Of a stretch of DNA of 32,000 nt, positions 23,596 through 32,000 are shown piece by piece. The translations under genes were made by a program, and so were the position numbers. Location: positions 981,782-1,013,781 of the forward strand of contig NC_021219.1 of assembly GCF_000392435.1 (NCBI RefSeq), read 5' to 3'. Each line of letters starts with the position of its first letter. The stretch's first letter is position 1. The stretch is from Candidatus Saccharimonas aalborgensis (GTDB lineage: Bacteria; Patescibacteriota; Saccharimonadia; Saccharimonadales; Saccharimonadaceae). The notes beneath the pieces were generated by a model that was given only the letters and a program-made list of their open reading frames with translations, searched no databases and was not told the origin of the DNA.

Positions 23596-23605
23596 GAGGC
23601 ATATA

Positions 23606-24343
23606 CTACCACGGCTTTTTGATTGAATAATCTGCCTCTCTCGAGCGATAATCACTCTCTTGGCGACGTACTTCGCCCTCTTCGATTAGTTTTTCAAGCT
23701 TATCCATCTGGTCCTTTGACGGAGCTTGATTAGCTTCTTCCACCTCCTTTCCTGTGCTATTTGGGTCTTGGTAGCTTTTTTTCTTTATAGCATTTGTAAC
23801 CGAAGAAAGCTTTTCGGCAATACGCATACTTAATTTCTCGTACTCCTTAAAACAATCGTTGTTTGCCCTTATCTCCCCAATCGCTTTTGTGTAGTACTGG
23901 ATTGCTTCTTCCGGCTTTGCACGAGCAATAGCATCATCACCAGCGAGCTCTGTAGCGAGCACAGACTGAGTACGTATAAAGCATTTTTTGTCCTCTGGCG
24001 CTAACACTATTGCTGTCCTAAACTGTTCGATCGCAAGATCAAATTGTTTCTGATGCATGGCAACAATTGCTTTATTAAATGGAACCTTATACTTTTCAAG
24101 TACTGTACCATATGCCGCGTAGTTCAACCACTGTTCCGCAGTGGTATAATCACCTCTATCTGTGGCCTGTATTGCGACTATCGTCGCGACTGTCGGTAGA
24201 GCAAGCCAACATGCTAACCCTACCAAAACCAACATTAGAGGCAACGACCATCGAAATAACGTACGTCTCCGCGCGTATCGTCTCGCTTCAAAGTCGAGCT
24301 TAGTAATATCGAGAGGACGCTCCACTGTGGCCATACTACTCAA
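23606..24343 (-). CDS. TPR-repeat membrane protein (BatC-like)
   Basis: One N-terminal TM followed by TPR-like helical repeats. It is the last gene of the MoxR/vWA operon and overlaps the upstream gene by 8 nt. Confidence 0.65.
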   Translation of the reverse strand: MSSMATVERPLDITKLDFEARRYARRRTLFRWSLPLMLVLVGLACWLALPTVATIVAIQATDRGDYTTAEQWLNYAAYGTVLEKYKVPFNKAIVAMHQKQFDLAIEQFRTAIVLAPEDKKCFIRTQSVLATELAGDDAIARAKPEEAIQYYTKAIGEIRANNDCFKEYEKLSMRIAEKLSSVTNAIKKKSYQDPNSTGKEVEEANQAPSKDQMDKLEKLIEEGEVRRQESDYRSREADYSIKKPW

Positions 24344-25355
24344 CCCCTTTCATACCTAGGTGTATCGTAGGTAGTATTTCCATAAACCACCAAACAAGAA
24401 GAAGCGTCATAACGATGCTTAGCATCCAATACGTACTCAAGTAAAACAATACCTCTCGGTGCGTATCGACGACAACCTCCAATCGACTCTCACTCACAAT
24501 AGCATCAATCGGCTCGTTCTGATTTGTTCTATGAAAATACTTTAATCCTAGGCTCTCAGCGATTGTGCGAAGATTACGTTCATCGACTTTCGATACAGCA
24601 CGGCCTCCTGGCTTCGTTGCTATCTCACTATAGTCCGGAACATATTTAAACGACTCAGCTATCTTAACGTTGCGTATGCCATAGTAAGTAGTCATGTATG
24701 CTCCAGCTTCTGTACCATAACCCAGTACGGCTCCTCCGTCTATCATTGGCCTCAATTCTGCAAATGAGCGTGGTACATTGCTACTCGTCTGCTCCCCATC
24801 TCCAATGTAAAAGAATAACCTACCTCTGTCGGGGTGTGACTCCCCACTTTTTTCGAGTAAACGCTTCACTACATCGATGGGCTTATCAATGCTCGTTCCG
24901 GTAGAGTAATTTGAATTTTCAAGATCAAGTACTTTTACTGCTGTCATGACTGCGCTAGCATCCGTTGTGAGCGGAACACTGACTCGCGCACTTGAGTCAA
25001 AAGTTACAATTGCAATATGGGCGCCATTAATCTTATGAATTAGCTTCATGAGATCTGTCCGAGCTCCCTCAATACGTGGTTGTTGATCACTGTAATCAAG
25101 CGCCGACATACTTGTTGTTCGATCAATTGCGATAACTACATCGACATTTAGCATCCCCGCGGGAGATCTCCCGCCAGGATAGCTCGGCCCCAGCGCTATC
25201 AGAATCAAGACGATGCCCATGGCAACACCACGCCAGTATGCATGTGACCGTAGCCCGCTACCTTTGGTTCTGATAACAGATAGTATGCAAGCAACGAGAA
25301 AACAACTTCCACATGCGATAATAACCCAGTAAGGAACGAGTGGCTGTAAAATCAT
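24336..25355 (-). CDS. vWA-domain membrane protein (BatB-like)
   Basis: Start at ATG 25355 (ATGA overlap, AAGGAG upstream). N-terminal TMs, the MIDAS-like motif VVIAIDRTTSM, and a C-terminal TM. Confidence 0.75.
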   Translation of the reverse strand: MILQPLVPYWVIIACGSCFLVACILSVIRTKGSGLRSHAYWRGVAMGIVLILIALGPSYPGGRSPAGMLNVDVVIAIDRTTSMSALDYSDQQPRIEGARTDLMKLIHKINGAHIAIVTFDSSARVSVPLTTDASAVMTAVKVLDLENSNYSTGTSIDKPIDVVKRLLEKSGESHPDRGRLFFYIGDGEQTSSNVPRSFAELRPMIDGGAVLGYGTEAGAYMTTYYGIRNVKIAESFKYVPDYSEIATKPGGRAVSKVDERNLRTIAESLGLKYFHRTNQNEPIDAIVSESRLEVVVDTHREVLFYLSTYWMLSIVMTLLLVWWFMEILPTIHLGMKGVE

Positions 25356-26425
25356 AACTTCAAGCTCCTTATTACTAACACAAGACAAATTATGGTGATA
25401 GCTAATATAATGAAACTAGGTCCAGGAGTATCAGTCGTTGTATATTGCGACTCACCGACAAAGAGTTTCGCCTCTTGCTGAGATATCTTTTGAACCACAT
25501 CTGAGATCACGTCTACCGAAGAAAGCCGGTAGTAGGCTCCACTTGTCATTATCGTGTAAAGCTTCAGAGTTTCATGCTCCTTAAAACTAGTGTCAGGTTC
25601 GTTTGGATCAGACTGTCGCGTCGCGTCATTATAGACACCTGGATCAAGAGAGTAGACGCGAATGTTTTTTTGTTTTGCAAGCATCATCGACTGTTCCGTC
25701 GTGATTATTCCTTGAGTTTTTGGATCTCCACCACCAAACTCGTTGTCCGTCGCAAGAATAATTGATTGTGAGCGACCAGTTGTGTTCTCACCGAGATGCT
25801 TAACACACCCTGCTAGACCCAATCCAATATTTGATGTTGGCAGATCACTGCGGAACAAAAGAGTCCCTCCTATGAATCGTTGGTACTCTTCAAATTGATC
25901 TGATGAAGCGGATTGGGGATTAATGGAGAGGGCCTTTTTTATCTCAACTAATTTTTCCTGAATCAAATTATAGTCATCTGTCAGAGGAAAAACCTGCGAA
26001 CCGACCATGTTAAAAATATCAAGTCCTACTCGTTGTCCTCGGAAGCTAGTAATGAGATGTAAGTATGTATCAACCAATGATTCATCCACTGCCCTCATAG
26101 AACCCGACACATCTAGACATAGCATGATATCTCTATTTCGTTCGGAAGGCGTAATGATGTTTTGTTCAGATGGACGAAGTGTCAATAATAACGATGCGCA
26201 GAGAGCTAAACAAAAGAGTATTAGTACAGCTAAAGTCATGAAACGATACCGTTGCGCAATACGCTTGTACTCGGATAATCGAGTAATCCGGCTACTATGA
26301 GCCGTCCGAATAATTACACGAGAGGACCTCGTATATTTTTTAAGCCAACTTCGTTTATAAGCAATTCCTAAAATGATTGCTAGTACCAACCACACGACGA
26401 TGAACCATAGGTTTAAGAAGACCAT
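25352..26425 (-). CDS. vWA-domain membrane protein (BatA-like)
   Basis: N-terminal TMs, the MIDAS motif LCLDVSGSM, and a C-terminal TM. Confidence 0.8.
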   Translation of the reverse strand: MVFLNLWFIVVWLVLAIILGIAYKRSWLKKYTRSSRVIIRTAHSSRITRLSEYKRIAQRYRFMTLAVLILFCLALCASLLLTLRPSEQNIITPSERNRDIMLCLDVSGSMRAVDESLVDTYLHLITSFRGQRVGLDIFNMVGSQVFPLTDDYNLIQEKLVEIKKALSINPQSASSDQFEEYQRFIGGTLLFRSDLPTSNIGLGLAGCVKHLGENTTGRSQSIILATDNEFGGGDPKTQGIITTEQSMMLAKQKNIRVYSLDPGVYNDATRQSDPNEPDTSFKEHETLKLYTIMTSGAYYRLSSVDVISDVVQKISQQEAKLFVGESQYTTTDTPGPSFIILAITIICLVLVIRSLKL

Positions 26426-26895
26426 TCGCTCACTACCTTTCGTGCACCTGCCAACGCTTCGTCGACATTGCCATTTTCTACAACGGAGAACTCGGGCGCA
26501 TAGTACCCCTCGATTATAGGAACTAGCTTGGTATGACGAGAACGTTTCAGATCGGCTAGTGTCATAGTCGCCACCGATGATTGAGTAGCATGAGACGCAA
26601 ATTGTCTCACTACAGTTGATAATTGCTGGTGAAGAACACGAGCGTAGATAGTTCGACTACGATACTCATGCTCAATAGCGTCGATTTTTTCTAGGTATTC
26701 ACTTTTGAGTAGTGTCAAATCCATGGCGAGAGAAGGAGCTGGCGAAAGAGATGCAAGGGTTTTTTGTTGACGGCGACGCGTTATCAACAGGATACTTACA
26801 AGAATAGTACTAAGTAAAACGATGCATCCGCCAGCATAAATCATAGCCAGCGGACCCTGTGACAGCAAAGGTGACAAATCAGGTATATCGTGCAC
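26413..26895 (-). CDS. single-pass membrane protein (DUF4381-like position in MoxR/Bat operons)
   Basis: 160 aa. TM segment MIYAGGCIVLLSTILVSILLI followed by RRRQQ. Overlaps both neighbours. Confidence 0.5.
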   Translation of the reverse strand: MHDIPDLSPLLSQGPLAMIYAGGCIVLLSTILVSILLITRRRQQKTLASLSPAPSLAMDLTLLKSEYLEKIDAIEHEYRSRTIYARVLHQQLSTVVRQFASHATQSSVATMTLADLKRSRHTKLVPIIEGYYAPEFSVVENGNVDEALAGARKVVSEWSS

Positions 26896-27760
26896 TTCGA
26901 TGCCTTTCTAAGAGGCGAAATACTTTGGGCACTGCTTCTTCCTCAGACGATACTGTCTCTGTCGCTATAGCCATACGGTTTAACTCACGTTCAAACTTCT
27001 GGCGGTTTTCTGCTTCTTCACGCCGAAAAGCAGCCATGACAGTTTTATTTCGCCGAATAAAGGCCGGTAGTATATGCCCAATCTGCTCTACGTCCGCGAT
27101 AAACGAGCGCATCGTCAGGTCAGCATCAGATACGCGCAGCCATAGTATTTCGTGCTGTGCGCGTAGCCTCTTTACGACACTGCGCACTGACTCATCAAAC
27201 TCAATTTCATCAGATATGACAACTACTATCATCTTGCGTCGAACATTTCGCACAACGTACTCAAGTTGGCTCGCAATATTACTCTCATCAGACTCGTCAA
27301 CAACAGAAGTATCAATGACTTGAAGTAACCGTTCTAGATGAGTCATGCCCGTCTTGAGCGGGTGATAGCGTGAATGCCCTTTGTCTCCAGAAACCATCCC
27401 CACTAGATCGCCGTGTTTTAACGCAACTGTTCCGATAACTCCGGCAAGCATGATGACTGTGTCCTTTTTTGAAGAGCCACTATCCGTTACTGCTGTCATA
27501 TTTCTCCCCGTATCAATGACAAGCATGATGTTATGTTTGCGAACGGCAATATAGCGTCGAATACGCGTAGCTCCGCTCCGTGCTGTTGCTTTCCAGTCAA
27601 TATCCTTTATATCATCTCCCGGAATGTACTCGCGAAGATCATCGAAATCCATACTCCTTCCCTTAAAAACCGAGCCATACTCGCCAACTAGCACCCCCCG
27701 CACTCTCTCGTGTGCGTATATTGCCATCTTGGCCTTAACGTTTGTTAGCAAGCTACCCAT
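26879..27760 (-). CDS. DUF58 family protein (vWA-like, MoxR partner)
   Basis: ...FDDLREYIPGDDIKDIDWKATARSG..., the characteristic DUF58 motif. Confidence 0.85.
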   Translation of the reverse strand: MGSLLTNVKAKMAIYAHERVRGVLVGEYGSVFKGRSMDFDDLREYIPGDDIKDIDWKATARSGATRIRRYIAVRKHNIMLVIDTGRNMTAVTDSGSSKKDTVIMLAGVIGTVALKHGDLVGMVSGDKGHSRYHPLKTGMTHLERLLQVIDTSVVDESDESNIASQLEYVVRNVRRKMIVVVISDEIEFDESVRSVVKRLRAQHEILWLRVSDADLTMRSFIADVEQIGHILPAFIRRNKTVMAAFRREEAENRQKFERELNRMAIATETVSSEEEAVPKVFRLLERHRSARYT

Positions 27761-27763
27761 AGA

Positions 27764-28819
27764 CTACGGTGCAGTAACTGCCCCAAAAATCGCATCGATA
27801 ATTGCTTCTGGATGAATCTGATCTGCAATAGCCTCAAAGTTCAAGATTATGCGATGTCGCAAGACGCTATGACGAAGTTCTTTAACGTCCTCAGGTATAA
27901 CGTAGTTGCGTCCATTGATAATCGCAAGTGCTTTCGCAACCTGTTGAAAAGCAATACTAGCGCGCGGACTTCCTCCGTACTGTATATATTTTGCATAGTC
28001 CTGACTAATATAGGTACTCGGCTGACGAGTTGCTGCTACGATTGTTACGATATATTGTTTTATAGCGTCATCAATATAGACCTTATTAACTAATTCTTGG
28101 AGAGCAAGTATATCATCGATTTCAACATGAGCAGATACACCCGATTTTGCATCTTCGCCTAAAATGCCTGATTCAATACGTTTGAGTATCTCAAGTTCCT
28201 GCGAAACTGTCGGGTAGTCGAGTACTTCTTTGAGTAAGAATCGATCAAGTTGGGCCTCTGGAAGTTCATAAGTACCCTCCTGCTCGATGGGGTTTTGGGT
28301 AGCAAGAACAACAAATGGTTTCGGCAATGGGTAATTTGTTCCGCCAATACTTGTCTGTCTCTCCTGCATCGCTTCGAGCATCGCGCTCTGTGTCTTTGCG
28401 CTGCTTCGATTTATCTCATCTAGCAAAATAAAATTTGCATGAACAGGACCGAGTTGCGTACGGAACTCACCCTTTGAGTAGTCGTATATTTGCGTACCGA
28501 TAATATCGCTTGGCAGCAGATCCGGTGTACACTGGATGCGCTTAAAGCTAGCATTAACTGATTTGGCAAGCGTATGAGCCGCAGTTGTTTTTGCTAGACC
28601 CGGTACACTCTCAAGAAGAACATGACCACCCGTTATCATACTGACAAGTAACGCCGTCTTGAGGTTTTCTTGACCAACGACATGTTGGCCAAACACCTCA
28701 GCTATTGTTGCGAGGACGTTCCGCGCACGATCCATTTGCTCTTGCCCAATACTATTTGTACCCGGCATTGAGAAATCCTCTGTTGGTGATTGTAGTGGTT
28801 GTCCTTGCTCTTGTTCCAT
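27764..28819 (-). CDS. MoxR-family AAA+ ATPase
   Basis: Start trimmed to ATG 28819 (AAGGAGAG upstream). Walker A LLESVPGLAKTT and Walker B ILLDEINR. Confidence 0.92.
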   Translation of the reverse strand: MEQEQGQPLQSPTEDFSMPGTNSIGQEQMDRARNVLATIAEVFGQHVVGQENLKTALLVSMITGGHVLLESVPGLAKTTAAHTLAKSVNASFKRIQCTPDLLPSDIIGTQIYDYSKGEFRTQLGPVHANFILLDEINRSSAKTQSAMLEAMQERQTSIGGTNYPLPKPFVVLATQNPIEQEGTYELPEAQLDRFLLKEVLDYPTVSQELEILKRIESGILGEDAKSGVSAHVEIDDILALQELVNKVYIDDAIKQYIVTIVAATRQPSTYISQDYAKYIQYGGSPRASIAFQQVAKALAIINGRNYVIPEDVKELRHSVLRHRIILNFEAIADQIHPEAIIDAIFGAVTAP

Positions 28820-28838
28820 GTACTCTCCTTTTCCCGTC

Positions 28839-29501
28839 TTATGCCCAATATTGCGCGATGTATACGGCAAGCTTTTGCTTCTCCTCATCGCTGTATATAT
28901 CTTGATTCTCGAAATAATGATCCTCACCCATAACAGACGAGGGCAGTACATCGAGTATAATTGATTCATCGGTGTTTATACGAAACTGTTCAGAAACATC
29001 TATGGTTACATTGCCGACGGCTCCATAAACCCTGTGTGGAGTAAGGGGCTTAAGGAGAAGCTTGGCAACTTCTAGCTCAAGTGAATTCATCATGACATCT
29101 CCAACAAGAATAACAGTTCTATTGTTGAGAATATGTGGATCAGTCGTTCCGTGATACTCATTAACCGCCTGATTGAGTCGGCTCATCGCTTCACGTTTCT
29201 GGTCCTCTATCTGCGCCATGAACTCTTGCTTAATGTACTCGTAATCATTCTCTGTTATAGATGGATTGAGACAGAATTCTCCAGACTGTTCGAGCGCACC
29301 TAGTTTTGCAGTTGTATCAAGGGGGTTGGTCAGTTTTTCGTAAAAAAGAGGCAATATCCATGCGCGCAATTTTATAGCCATACCAACGGCAACCATCATA
29401 GAACTTGGTTTCATGCAGACAAGAACTGCGTCAGTACCTCTTACATTCGTAAGAGTATCCGCCAGCTTGTTACCCAGTGCCATGCGATCAGTAAAATACA
29501 T
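28839..29501 (-). CDS. phosphoribosyltransferase-like protein (COG1926-type) with degenerate PRPP-binding motifs
   Basis: The N-terminus MYFTDRMALGNKLADTL matches the family's MxFxDRxxAGxxLA pattern. The expected VDDGxATG loop reads VGDVMMNS, and the LPRGG loop reads MKPSS. Confidence 0.6.
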   Translation of the reverse strand: MYFTDRMALGNKLADTLTNVRGTDAVLVCMKPSSMMVAVGMAIKLRAWILPLFYEKLTNPLDTTAKLGALEQSGEFCLNPSITENDYEYIKQEFMAQIEDQKREAMSRLNQAVNEYHGTTDPHILNNRTVILVGDVMMNSLELEVAKLLLKPLTPHRVYGAVGNVTIDVSEQFRINTDESIILDVLPSSVMGEDHYFENQDIYSDEEKQKLAVYIAQYWA

Positions 29502-29515
29502 GTAATTTCCTATCT

Positions 29516-29544
29516 GCTATAGATAGTATACGGTTATGGTTCAA
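29516..29544 (-). promoter_or_regulatory. putative promoter for the PRTase-like/MoxR operon
   Basis: The minus strand reads TTGAAC (29539-29544), a 17-nt spacer, then TATAGC (29516-21). Confidence 0.4.
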
Positions 29545-29602
29545 CTCTCACAATAGCCTTATTTTTTATTGTCTTTTAGCTTATTTTAAGGTTTGATACG
29601 AT

Positions 29603-30917
29603 ATGCTAGTGAATAGCATGAAAGAACACAGTAAACGTGCTGCACTATATGCGGCTATCTCAATTTCACTCGTGCCCTGTTTTGGGCTTCTCACATTTCC
29701 CAGCGTAGTTTCACCTCCCTCCCTGGCACTCTATGCATCAGCAATCCTCGGGTATATCGGACTCGTCTTATTGCTGTGGATGTATGTTTTGGGTACAAAA
29801 AGCGTGATGGGGCTCTGGTTTACTGACTTGGCACCAGTACTATCAATTCACAAGTGGATCGGTAAGTACGGCGTTGTGCTAATTGCTATTCACCCCTTAC
29901 TGATTACCTATAGTTACGGAGAGTCGCTGCTCTATTCGTTTATCCCAAAGCTTGACACGGTCGCTGAACGACATATTTTGCTAGGACAAATTGCATTTTG
30001 GCTTCTCATCATCATTTGGATTAGTTCAGCAGTTATCCGGGACAAACTATCATGGCGTACCTGGAAATATTTCCATTTTGTCACCTATGTGTGTCTTCCC
30101 TTTGCCCTGCTTCATGTGCTTGACTTGGGTTCTCAAGAGCAAACACACGTTCTTATCAAGGCCTATCTCCTCTTGTTGGGACTTGTCCTTCTCACCTTTT
30201 CACTCCTGAGGATGCGGTCATTTCTTAACCTTGACCGGACTCGTTATATCGTAGTCAGTCAGGCAAAATTAACAGAATCTGACTACTCTCTTCTGCTACG
30301 TCCCCTCACTTCTCACCATCTGACTCCAAAGCAAGGTCAATATGTGTATATAAAGCTGGGGTATCTCAGCGAAGATCACCCCTTTAGTGTTGTTCGGTAT
30401 GACCAGGCAACGGACGAGATGGTGCTCGCCTACCGTGTCTTTGGCATGTACACAAAGGAACTAAAAAAGCTGCAAGCCAATTCGACCGTATTCCTGAGCG
30501 GACCCTATGGCAGCTTTATGGAAGAACTGGTCTCCGATGGTACTACGCCTGTCGTGTACCTCGCGGGTGGAATCGGCATTACCCCCTTTGCCTCGCATCA
30601 TGCAGCAAGGAACTATCCGCGAACAGTGGCTTTTTGCCGCCAATCGCAGTCGCTCTTCAGCTGTTCTGATACCGACACTTAAGTCTGCTCTCGGCGACAG
30701 GTGTATTTGTGTTTATAACCGCGAAGACGGCTCACTCGGCGAAGGAGAGGAAGCCGGCTATATTACCGCTGAGCTCCTCAAAAAATACCTGATTGACCCG
30801 ACGCGTTTCCATTATTATCTCTGTGGCCCCCCTGGTATGATAGCTGCGATGCGCAGTAACCTCGCGGCGCTTACTGTACCCAAACATGCCATCCACTCAG
30901 AGAAATTCGAATGGTAA
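29603..30917 (+). pseudogene. ferric-reductase/NOX-like flavocytochrome (FRD TM domain + FAD + NAD(P)H domains) interrupted by a 1-nt frameshift
   Basis: Frame 1 (29603-30682) carries the His-containing TMs, HPFSV and GGIGITPFAS, then degenerates. Frame 2 (from ~30582) continues IMQQGTIREQWLFAANR...CGPPGM...EKFEW. The shift lies within 30582-30597. Confidence 0.7.
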
Positions 30918-30935
30918 TTTCGAGCAATCCTCCTC

Positions 30936-31778
30936 TTATTTATTGCGTACCAGTATAGTCTGGAGGCCATATTGTTTTTGCAGCACGCGTTCAAGATCTG
31001 GACGAAGAATTAGGACAGTTGCCATCGTATCAGCAATACACGCCGTAGTGGCTCGCACATATGTCGCGACAACATCGCTATCGCTTGAATCATCACGACG
31101 GGGATCGATAATATGATGCTTGGTCTGATTGCCATCTTGCCAAACGCGCTTGAGGGTATTACTCGCCGCCAGTGCTCCTGATGTAATCTGTGTTTGGCCA
31201 ATTTTTTTGGTGGAGTCGGTGGGATGCTCCAGCGCGAACTCAATCGGTGTTTCTGACTGGCAGTAGAGGTCACCGCCGCCATTGACAATAAACGCATCGA
31301 TACCAAAGTCGCGCAAATGCTGCGACAAGACGTCGATAAGCCAACCTTTACCAAACCCTCCAAAATCAAGCATGACGGGTTCTGGCAAGACAATTTCATT
31401 ATCCGAAACGGCAACATCACGCCAGAAGTCTCGCACGTGAAGTTGCCGCGCAGCCTTCCGCTTGCCGTAGCCGAGACGATGGAGCGTGTTGCCTATCGTG
31501 ATATCAAACACGCCGTCCGATGCATGGTACATCTCTCTTGCAAACTCCATCATCTTCACCATTTCAGTTGGTGGATTGATCACTTTTCCTGTCCTTAGTA
31601 ATTCAGCTACTAAAGAATCATCACGAAAGCGTGAGTACCGTTTGTCAAACTGGTTGACAATGTCGTCGAGATCAGCTCTTAGTTCTTGACTAAACTCCTG
31701 ATCACTCAGTATCTCAAGCCACCAGTGCGTGCCGATTGCATCAAACTCATAGAGTTTATTTATGGCGCCCTCCCTCAC
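30936..31778 (-). CDS. apbE: ApbE-family FAD:protein FMN transferase
   Basis: Motifs FDITIG, DFGGFGKGW, NGGGD, ALAASN and HHIIDP. Apparent GTG start at 31778. Confidence 0.88.
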   Translation of the reverse strand: MREGAINKLYEFDAIGTHWWLEILSDQEFSQELRADLDDIVNQFDKRYSRFRDDSLVAELLRTGKVINPPTEMVKMMEFAREMYHASDGVFDITIGNTLHRLGYGKRKAARQLHVRDFWRDVAVSDNEIVLPEPVMLDFGGFGKGWLIDVLSQHLRDFGIDAFIVNGGGDLYCQSETPIEFALEHPTDSTKKIGQTQITSGALAASNTLKRVWQDGNQTKHHIIDPRRDDSSDSDVVATYVRATTACIADTMATVLILRPDLERVLQKQYGLQTILVRNK

Positions 31779-31781
31779 TAC

Positions 31782-32000
31782 TTATGCTTTTGCTTGCGCA
31801 CGAATCGTATCAATGGCATTACTAAACGCATAAGTAGTCAAGCTTGCCCCACCAATCCTACTTGGTGAGTAGCCAGCGAGTGACTGACCGGTGGCATCTG
31901 AGTTCACGTAACTGTTGAAGCTGTCGATGTACATAGCCGATTCACGATCAGTGTACGAGTTGGTCGCGCTTGCAGCGGTAATTTTACCTCCCGAAATGGT
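31782..32000 (-). CDS. FMN-binding-domain protein, C-terminal part (5' end outside the window)
   Basis: The open minus-strand frame to the window edge ends ...SRIGGASLTTYAFSNAIDTIRAQAKA*. This resembles the [S/T]GA[S/T]xT flavinylation motif and sits directly upstream of apbE. Confidence 0.55.
   Translation of the reverse strand, partial: TISGGKITAASATNSYTDRESAMYIDSFNSYVNSDATGQSLAGYSPSRIGGASLTTYAFSNAIDTIRAQAKA

Noticed and set aside
29537-29552. GGTTCAACTC resembling a tRNA T-arm.
   Set aside because: No acceptor, D or anticodon stems can be drawn around it. It overlaps the predicted -35 of the PRTase-like operon promoter.
1-32000. CRISPR arrays, rRNA genes, tRNA genes, IS elements/transposases, integrases.
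   Set aside because: I saw no regularly spaced direct repeats, no rRNA-like conserved blocks, no cloverleaf candidates and no recombinase-like ORFs. A tRNAscan/Infernal run would be the definitive check.

Overview
This window reads as a Patescibacteria/CPR chromosome segment, probably Saccharibacteria-like. That is an inference from gene content (no L30) and from roughly 42-48% G+C in the 60-nt host-gene lines I counted. The minus strand carries the tuf / S10-spc ribosomal-protein supercluster: tuf, rpsJ, rplC-D-W-B, rpsS, rplV, rpsC, rplP, rpmC, rpsQ, rplN-X-E, rpsN, rpsH, rplF, rplR, rpsE, rplO, secY, infA, rpmJ. This usually invariant cluster is interrupted many times. (1) adk/map between secY and infA are replaced by a plus-strand unit running from promoter to terminator. 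It specifies a ~460-nt, ~67% G+C, hairpin-dense RNA that I cannot assign to any family. (2) A G+C-rich convergent gene pair sits between rplO and secY. (3) rplC and rpsJ are separated by 3.7 kb. That block holds a G+C-rich plus-strand three-gene cassette (lipoprotein plus two unknowns), a PdaC-like deacetylase operon and a small membrane protein. (4) Four small unannotated ORFs (42, 60, 66 and 81 codons) are wedged between r-protein genes, mostly through TAATG stop/start overlaps. (5) 4.8 kb lies between rpsJ and tuf: an unknown ORF, a DEAD-box helicase, a CtlX-like hydrolase and an ECF sigma/anti-sigma pair. Upstream of tuf is a MoxR-DUF58-TM-vWA-vWA-TPR (Bat-like) operon headed by a degenerate phosphoribosyltransferase homologue. 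Beyond it is a flavinylation cluster: a frameshifted NOX-like ferric reductase, ApbE and a partial FMN-binding protein. I recognised no rRNA, tRNA, CRISPR array or transposase. My best candidates for something undescribed are the structured RNA (605-1068) and the compositionally foreign cassettes embedded antisense in the ribosomal operon.
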